Positions 57,811 through 64,000 of a stretch of 64,000 nt of DNA are shown here, piece by piece. Numbering within the stretch: the first letter of the stretch is position 1; each line of letters begins with the position of its first letter. The notes below the pieces were generated by a model, which did not search any database, was not told the origin of the DNA, and saw nothing but the letters and a program-made list of their open reading frames with translations. Position numbers and translations under genes: made by a program. Source of the DNA: Acidimicrobiales bacterium (lineage in GTDB: Bacteria; Actinomycetota; Acidimicrobiia; Acidimicrobiales; Ilumatobacteraceae); NCBI GenBank assembly GCA_038203385.1, contig JBBREA010000001.1:25196-89195 (forward strand), written 5' to 3'.

Positions 57811-58983
57811 TCAGGCATCGACCCGGTCGAGGAACCGCGCGATCGGCGCTCCCACCTGGTCGAAGTTGATGAGAAACGCGTCGTGACCGTGGTGCGAATC
57901 GACTTCGACGAACTCGACCGCGCCTCCCCCGAGTTTCAGAAGTTCTGCGGTTTCACGCTGCTGGTACACCGGGTACAGAACGTCGCTGTTCACACCGATG
58001 GTCAGGCTGGGCATCGCGGCCCGCCGCATGGCCGATTCCAACGTGCCGCGCGCCCGTGCGATGTCGTGGAGATCCATGGCTTTGCCCATGAGGAGATACG
58101 TGTTGGCGTCGAACCGGCGGACCAACTTCTCGCCGTGATACTGCAGGTACCGCTCTACTTCGAACTCTTGCCATTGCCCGAATTCGTCGAGTTCGGCGTC
58201 GCGCCCGATCGGAGCGCGCCCGAATCGAGCGGTGAACACGTTGTCGCTTCGAAAAGTCACTTGCGCGATCTGACGCGCGACGGCAAGCCCCTCCGAGGGC
58301 CCATCGCCCGGCTCAGCGTCGTAGTAGTCGCCACCGCGCCACTTGGGGTCGAGACGAATCGATCGACGACCGATCACACCCCAAGCGATCTGCTGGGCGG
58401 TTGCCTGCATACACGAAGCGATCGGAACGATGGATCGGACTCGCTCGGGGTAGGTGGTCGCCCACTCCAACACCTGCATGCCGCCCATCGAGCCGCCGAT
58501 CACCGCAGCCCACGACGAGACCCCCAACCAGGTCGTGAGTCGCGACTGAGCACGGACCATGTCGCGGATCGTCACCACCGGGAACCGCGACCCGTACGGC
58601 CGGTCGCCGTCCGGATGAGGGGACGAAGGCCCTGTAGAACCTTGGCACCCGCCGAGCACGTTCGAACAGACGACGAACCATCGCTCGGTGTCGATCGCCA
58701 GGCCCGGCCCGATGATGTCGCTCCACCAGCCCGGGGCTGGATGACCTTCCCCCGCCCGGCCGGATGCGTGAGCGTCGCCGGTCCATGCATGACAGATCAG
58801 GATCGCGTTGGATGCGTCAGCGTTGAGCGTCCCCCACGTCTCGTACGCGAGTGTGACGTTGCTCAGCACTTTGCCGCTGTCCAGCGCAAACGGATGATCC
58901 GTTGCGAACGTGAAGAACTGCCGCTGACCCACGGGGTCGCCCGCGCGCCACGCGCCGGTCGCCGGCAGGGGTTCGTTCACCAC
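57811..58983 (-). CDS. metX: Homoserine O-acetyltransferase
   Basis: CHAWTGD, GGSMGG, RFDANTY, HGHDAFL. Start moved downstream of the riboswitch (GAGAGG RBS). Confidence 0.93.
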   Translation of the reverse strand: MVNEPLPATGAWRAGDPVGQRQFFTFATDHPFALDSGKVLSNVTLAYETWGTLNADASNAILICHAWTGDAHASGRAGEGHPAPGWWSDIIGPGLAIDTERWFVVCSNVLGGCQGSTGPSSPHPDGDRPYGSRFPVVTIRDMVRAQSRLTTWLGVSSWAAVIGGSMGGMQVLEWATTYPERVRSIVPIASCMQATAQQIAWGVIGRRSIRLDPKWRGGDYYDAEPGDGPSEGLAVARQIAQVTFRSDNVFTARFGRAPIGRDAELDEFGQWQEFEVERYLQYHGEKLVRRFDANTYLLMGKAMDLHDIARARGTLESAMRRAAMPSLTIGVNSDVLYPVYQQRETAELLKLGGGAVEFVEVDSHHGHDAFLINFDQVGAPIARFLDRVDA

Positions 58984-59024
58984 GCTGTTTCCTCTCACTC
59001 GACAATCGGACACATCCTTCGCAT

Positions 59025-59152
59025 GCATCGTGAGCGGCCTGACGCCGGTTTGCCGGAAAGCCCGACCACATTCCACGCCGAAGCGTAGGAGGCACCTTGG
59101 GGACGTTGCCCAGGTTGCCGGGCTCGGTATGCCGAGCCGCTCTTGATGCGAT
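59025..59152 (-). ncRNA. SAM-I-clan riboswitch (SAM-I/IV-like variant)
   Basis: Minus strand cgcATCAAGAG...GGCAACC...AAGGTGCC...atgtg, P1 CGCAU/AUGUG, directly upstream of metX. Confidence 0.85.
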
Positions 59153-59231
59153 CGTCACCATACCGCAACCAGAAGGCCCACAGCTCGGTTGATTCGATCT
59201 TGTGGCTCGTGGCGTTGGTTCGTGTTGGTCG

Positions 59232-59714
59232 TCACGACACCAACCCGATGACCGGCTGCGCCATCCGCATGCGTTGAGCAAAACCCGTCTCGTACGGCAT
59301 GAAGCCGTTGCGATCTGGGAACAGCAGTTGCACCATGTGGAACGAGCCACCCCGATACCACGCGTGCGCTGTGTGAAACCACACCTCGGTCACGGCTGGG
59401 TCGATCGGTGCGAAGTAGCAGCGCAGATCGTTGTCGAGCAACCCGACCAACTCGACGCCAGTGGGAATCTCGGTACCGCCCAGCAATGCGTCCACGACCA
59501 AGCCGATCAAGCCGTTCGCTGCTACTGGGGTCAACCCGAACACGGCGACCTCGGCCCAACCCGTGAGCGCCGTTACACCAATCGTGTAGGCGTATGCGGG
59601 GACGGGCGGCGTGCACTCGGCATCGGGTGCCACCGGTTCCAGCGCCCAGCCATTGGTCTCGATCATCCACTCGATCTTCTCTGCGTGCGGAATGTGGAAG
59701 TCGGGCAACTCCAT
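59232..59714 (-). CDS. DUF4262 domain protein
   Basis: GWAL..V, YAYTIG, EVAVFGL, QLLFPDRNG. Confidence 0.8.
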   Translation of the reverse strand: MELPDFHIPHAEKIEWMIETNGWALEPVAPDAECTPPVPAYAYTIGVTALTGWAEVAVFGLTPVAANGLIGLVVDALLGGTEIPTGVELVGLLDNDLRCYFAPIDPAVTEVWFHTAHAWYRGGSFHMVQLLFPDRNGFMPYETGFAQRMRMAQPVIGLVS

Positions 59715-59851
59715 GCAGCGAACACTACGGTCACACCCGGTGAACCAACACAACGCCTGGCAGGACGTTGTGTTGGCGTCACGCCCGGCTCACCGTCGCC
59801 GTGCTCATCCACGACCGCGAGTGGGGCTCGAGTCGACAGTTGAGGCGATGC

Positions 59852-59937
59852 ACGGATGGCGGGTTTGGTCGCCATGTACGGATGGCGGGTTTGGTCGCCA
59901 TGTACGTGGGGCGGGTTTGGTCGCCATGTACGTGGGG
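59852..59937. repeat. Tandem repeat, 3 x 26-27 bp
   Basis: Core ggcgggtttggtcgccatgtacg three times with 3-4 nt linkers. Confidence 0.9.
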
Positions 59938-60064
59938 TAGGACAACTATGACCGATACCGATGAGGGACCAGGGGCCACCCTGCGAGCAGCTCAGCAAGT
60001 CAGCTGCCGATCCTGGTGATAGTGCTCCGACAGGACCTCTCACTCCACACGCAAGAAGGGAACC

Positions 60065-60567
60065 ATGCTTTCGGACGTTCGCAGTTCGGCCCAGCGCCGG
60101 AACAACGTCAACGAGCTCGGGACGCCCGACGGCCGCCCTATTCTCTTCGCTCACGGGCTCAGTTGCAGCCAGGGTATGTGGCGCCACGTGACGCCCGAGT
60201 TCGTCGATCACCGGATCGTCCTGTTCGTGATCATGGGGAACTCGAACCGTCCACATCTCGGCCCACATCTCGGCGCAGAGCTCACCGAAAGCTTCTGCCG
60301 CACCGACCCTGCAATCGCTCGTCACTTCGCGGCCGTCACCTTTCTGTCCGACAACCGACGTGACCTGCCCCACGTCACGACACCGACCTTGGTGGTGCAT
60401 GCAGTGACGATGCGATCGCACCCTTGTGCATGGGCACGTACGTGAACCAGCACATCACCAGAAGTGAGTTGGTGGTGCTGAATGCGACTGGCCACTGCCC
60501 CAATCTGTCCGCTCCTGCGGAGCTCAACACCGTTCTCCGGGCTCGTCTCGAGCGAGTTGACCCATGA
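60065..60567 (+). pseudogene. RsbQ-like alpha/beta hydrolase pseudogene
   Basis: RRNNV...FAHG..CSQ.MWR joined directly to IMGN...SFCRTDP...TFLSDNR (central region deleted). Frameshift near 60400 before SDDAIAP...TGHCPNLSAP. 12-bp duplication at 60251-60274. Confidence 0.82.
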
Positions 60568-62045
60568 GCACACACCACGGAGGTGGGGATACGGGGTCGT
60601 CACCTGCGCAAGCTGACATCGCCGACAACGATCTTCTCGAGCTGTACGAGAACGCACCGTGCGGGTACCTGTCGTTGACCACCGACGGGGTGATCATCAG
60701 GGCCAACCACACCTTCGAAAGTTTGAGCGGACGAGCGCTCAAAGATCTCCTTGGCCGCCGGTTCGTCAGCTTGCTCGCCGTGGGAAGCCAACTCTTCTTC
60801 GAAACCCGCTGCCTGCCGACGGCACTGTTGGCCGGCAAACTACGCGAGGCGCTTCTCGCGTTGGAACGCCCTGGCCAGGACGCGTTGCCGATCTTGGTGA
60901 ACGTGGATGTGGTTCCCGATGATCATGCTCGTCCACGTTTGATGCGCATTGCTGTGTTCGTCGCCTCGGCACGGCAGGACTACGAGCGTGAGTTGCTCGG
61001 GGCCCGCCTCTCAGCCGAGCGCTCCGAGGCTCAGGTGCGGGTGCTCCAACAAGCAACGGCGAGTCTGGCGTCAGGGCAAACCGTCGCCGGTGTGGCGTCG
61101 GCGTTGTGCGAAATCGTGCGCTCGGCGTCCGACGCCGCTTCAGCCACCGTCATGCTGACCGACGACCGAGTTCGTCAACTCGAAACCGTGACACCTTGGT
61201 CGCCGCCGTCGCTCGGAGTCGTTCCGATCGATGCCCTCCGCCCGGAGGCAGAGGCATTCCGGCGGGCCGAGACGATCAATCTGTCGAGCTTGGTCGCCAT
61301 CGAGCGGCAGTACCCCGAAATGGCTGAGGCTGCTCACCGCGGGCGGGTAGAAGCAATGATGGTCACGCCGCTGCTCGACGACGGGTCATGCCTTGGCGTA
61401 CTCGTGTCGCATTACGGGCGCCGCCGCACGTTCCCTGCCGAACAGATCGACCTACATACCGCGCTGGCGCGGCAGGGAGCACAAGCGATCCGGCTCGTCA
61501 GCCTCCAGCGCGAACTCCGCCATATGGCGCTCCATGACCCGTTGACTGGCCTTGCGAATCGCGAGCTGTTGAACACCCGATTGGAGGAGTCGACGCAAAA
61601 GACCCAACTGTCCGGACGTCCGATGGCGGTCACCTTCCTCGATCTCGACGGTTTCAAGCCGATCAACGATCAGCTCGGCCACGAGGCAGGCGACCGTGTA
61701 CTCATCGAGGTGGCCCAACGGCTCCGCTCCGTCGTCCGAGCGGGCGACGCCGTCGCACGCTTCGGCGGAGACGAGTTCGTCGTGGTGTGCGACGAGTGCG
61801 ACCGCAGCGCCGCCGAGGAACTCGCCGGACGGATCGGCGAGGCAATACGCCAACCACTCGATGGCATCGGCGACGATCTGTTCGTCACCGCCAGCGTCGG
61901 GGTCGCCTGGTTCGCCGGCGGGCGAGGTGTCAACGCCGTTGATCTCATCTTCGCAGCTGACAAAGCGATGTACCGGTCGAAGGCGACCGGTAAAGACAGA
62001 ACCAACGTCGTCGTGGCCCGCCCACGAGCCGCAGGGCACCGATAG
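60564..62045 (+). CDS. PAS-GAF-GGDEF diguanylate cyclase (RsbP-type PAS)
   Basis: YENAPCGY PAS, GAF, HDPLTGLANR, DLDGFK, RFGGDEF. Confidence 0.92.
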   Translation: MSTHHGGGDTGSSPAQADIADNDLLELYENAPCGYLSLTTDGVIIRANHTFESLSGRALKDLLGRRFVSLLAVGSQLFFETRCLPTALLAGKLREALLALERPGQDALPILVNVDVVPDDHARPRLMRIAVFVASARQDYERELLGARLSAERSEAQVRVLQQATASLASGQTVAGVASALCEIVRSASDAASATVMLTDDRVRQLETVTPWSPPSLGVVPIDALRPEAEAFRRAETINLSSLVAIERQYPEMAEAAHRGRVEAMMVTPLLDDGSCLGVLVSHYGRRRTFPAEQIDLHTALARQGAQAIRLVSLQRELRHMALHDPLTGLANRELLNTRLEESTQKTQLSGRPMAVTFLDLDGFKPINDQLGHEAGDRVLIEVAQRLRSVVRAGDAVARFGGDEFVVVCDECDRSAAEELAGRIGEAIRQPLDGIGDDLFVTASVGVAWFAGGRGVNAVDLIFAADKAMYRSKATGKDRTNVVVARPRAAGHR

Positions 62046-62106
62046 AGGCGCCCCCCTCGGACAGCGTTCGCCGGCATCTACTTACGGAACATTACGGTCA
62101 CTCCCC

Positions 62107-62862
62107 GTGGACCATCACAACGCCGGCAGGACCTCTCGGGGGCGTCGCGCCTGGCTCATCGTCACCGTGCTCGTCACCTCACTCGCTGGCACGTCGCTCG
62201 CCGTCTGGGCGGTCGTGCTTGACGACGGGCCGCAACCGGTTGGCTCGGCGCCGACCGGCGTGCCGGTGCGGGGCGCTTCGTTGCAGGTCACCGACACATT
62301 GCCACCACCTGCCAGCTGTCATCGGGTCGCCGTGGTGGGCGACTCGCTCACCGACAACTCCGAGCCGTGGCTTCTCAGCGGGCTTGCGGCGGCCGGCTTG
62401 ACCGCGCTGGTGGACGCTCAACCGAGCCGCCGAATCACTGCCGCGGCATCGCCGCCGTACAGCGGCGTGCGGGCGGCGCTCGCGTTGCGGGCGGCATGGG
62501 GAGACGCCGATTGTTGGGTGATCGCACTCGGTTCGAACGACCTCATCCATGGCGCTGACGACCGCACCACAGCGGCTTCGCTCATCGCAGAGATGCTGGT
62601 CGCCGTCAGCCCTGGTGCTCGCGTGTGGTGGACGAACGTGGATTATCACCGTGACAGCCGAACGTCGTTCGACTTCGTTGCAGCCACGGCGACCTTCAAC
62701 CAAGCATTGTCCGATCGAGCGTCGTCGGACCCCTTGTTGCACATCATCGACTGGTACTCGCTCGCCGAGGCGCACCCCGAGTGGTTTTTCGATCCCGTGC
62801 ACGTCGACCGTATCGGGTCGATCGCCCGGGCCGAACAGACCGTTGGGGCGCTCCCTCGGTGA
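62107..62862 (+). CDS. SGNH/GDSL hydrolase, membrane-anchored
   Basis: VVGDSL, ALGSND, DPVH. Confidence 0.8.
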   Translation: MDHHNAGRTSRGRRAWLIVTVLVTSLAGTSLAVWAVVLDDGPQPVGSAPTGVPVRGASLQVTDTLPPPASCHRVAVVGDSLTDNSEPWLLSGLAAAGLTALVDAQPSRRITAAASPPYSGVRAALALRAAWGDADCWVIALGSNDLIHGADDRTTAASLIAEMLVAVSPGARVWWTNVDYHRDSRTSFDFVAATATFNQALSDRASSDPLLHIIDWYSLAEAHPEWFFDPVHVDRIGSIARAEQTVGALPR

Positions 62863-62922
62863 CTGACACGGTCGCATCGGCTGCTGGTGCTGGCACACCG
62901 TGCCGATACCGTCATGGCTGAG

Positions 62923-63747
62923 ATGTATCGCTTCTTGTTGGCACCGAGATGGATCGGTTTCCACCTCCTCGTGGTGGTCGGCATCGTCGCGATGGTGAAC
63001 TTTGGTTTCTGGCAGCTACGGCGCCTCGACGACAAGCAAGCATTCAACGCCCGAGTCGAGCAGCGCTACGACGCTGAGGTGGTCCCGCTCGATGAACTGC
63101 TGCTGCCTGGCGCGAATAACGACGATCTCGAGTGGCGTCCGGTCTCGGTCTCCGGCGTGTACGAGCCCGCGGGCACGGTCCAGATCGTCAACCGTTCGCA
63201 GTTCGGTCGGGCAGGCGGGAACACCGTCACCCCGATGCGTCTCGACAGTGGCCAGGTGCTTCTCGTGAACCGGGGATTCCTGCCGCTCGACGTCGGTGCG
63301 CCGCTTCCACCCACCGGCACTGTTGCCGTGACAGGTCGATTGCGGCTCACCCAAGTTCGCACGTTCGCCCAACTCGGTGACCCTGCCGGGGGTGTGCTCA
63401 CCGTCGCTCAGCGCGTCGATGTGGATCGCCTCGCGCAGCAGATCAACGGAGAGGTCGTCCCGATGTACCTCGACGTCTACGAGTCGAACCCGGTCGAGGC
63501 CGAACCACGCCCGCAGCCTGTGGTCGCCCCGGAGCTCGGCGAGGGCAACCACCTGTCGTACGCCGTGCAGTGGTTCGTGTTCGCATTCGCTGTTGCCATC
63601 GGGTGGGTCCTCGCAGTGCGTAGGTCGCAGCGAACCCGCCAGCACCAACTCGATGCGACGACAGAAACTACTGCCGATAGCGCGATACGAACGCCTGGGT
63701 CGGCAGGCGAAGAGCCTGTGCGAGCACGGCGATATACGGATCACTGA
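62923..63747 (+). CDS. SURF1-family protein
   Basis: GFWQLRR, LVNRGF, NHLSYAVQWF. Confidence 0.9.
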   Translation: MYRFLLAPRWIGFHLLVVVGIVAMVNFGFWQLRRLDDKQAFNARVEQRYDAEVVPLDELLLPGANNDDLEWRPVSVSGVYEPAGTVQIVNRSQFGRAGGNTVTPMRLDSGQVLLVNRGFLPLDVGAPLPPTGTVAVTGRLRLTQVRTFAQLGDPAGGVLTVAQRVDVDRLAQQINGEVVPMYLDVYESNPVEAEPRPQPVVAPELGEGNHLSYAVQWFVFAFAVAIGWVLAVRRSQRTRQHQLDATTETTADSAIRTPGSAGEEPVRARRYTDH

Positions 63748-64000
63748 CCGGCACACCATCGAACAGCGACGCGTCGCCGATAGCGAGGCGCTCGTAGCCT
63801 CGCACCCATCCGTCGGAATCCGTCACCACCCCTCGACGACACGAGGCTGACACGTGGTGATATCCGCTCAGGTCGGCGGCGGCGGCCCACCGCTCGACAT
63901 CGTCGGCGCTGTGCAGCGCTGAGAGCGGCGTGCCGTAGTCGTCGATGTACACCGAGGTGAACGCTTGCCGGAAGGCGGGGCGGCCGACGACGTGGACCAA
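63668..64000 (-). CDS. GMC oxidoreductase, C-terminal part (runs off window end)
   Basis: YHHVSASCR.G.VTD...V.G...L.IGDAS motif. Confidence 0.7.
   Translation of the reverse strand: MVHVVGRPAFRQAFTSVYIDDYGTPLSALHSADDVERWAAAADLSGYHHVSASCRRGVVTDSDGWVRGYERLAIGDASLFDGVPVSDPYIAVLAQALRLPTQAFVSRYRQ

Noticed and set aside
59852-59937. CRISPR array
   Set aside because: Only 3-4 nt between repeats, no unique spacers, no cas genes.
1-64000. Genome-wide UGA reassignment (code 4/25)
   Set aside because: TGA is the normal stop of many clear genes here (hypE, hypD, hydrogenase large subunit, ybeY, phoH).

Overview
High-GC actinobacterial chromosome segment; the gene set suggests Acidimicrobiia/Ilumatobacter-like, which is inference. 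The flanks (1-~19 kb and ~55.8-64 kb) are core genes: phhA, ccdA, psuG, rpe, menA/menE, tlyC-ybeY-phoH, tRNA-Cys, fpg/nei, metX with a SAM-I-clan riboswitch, and SURF1. Between them is a tandem array of related, apparently integrase-less elements inserted at the 3' end of tRNA-Gly(GCC) (55693-55768), with att copies at 54730-54774 and 28842-28889. The central ~26 kb element carries a [NiFe]-hydrogenase locus. It has structural genes without a Tat signal and five short transmembrane ORFs (group 1l/Hyl-like architecture), hypCDEF, two maturation proteases, NifU-like, SIS, TPR and BirA-like genes, and a Nik/Opp-type ABC importer. It has no hypA or hypB. It instead has four CooC-like ATPases. Two of them (29490-30248 + and 30245-30973 -) have an in-frame TGA at the Cys-x-Cys nickel-binding motif (GGG-U-T-C and C-P-U-C), each followed 12-13 nt later by a bacterial SECIS-like hairpin, while a third paralog keeps the all-Cys motif. 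The best candidate for a new system is selenocysteine-containing CooC-type ATPases serving nickel insertion into a probable high-affinity hydrogenase in place of HypA/HypB.
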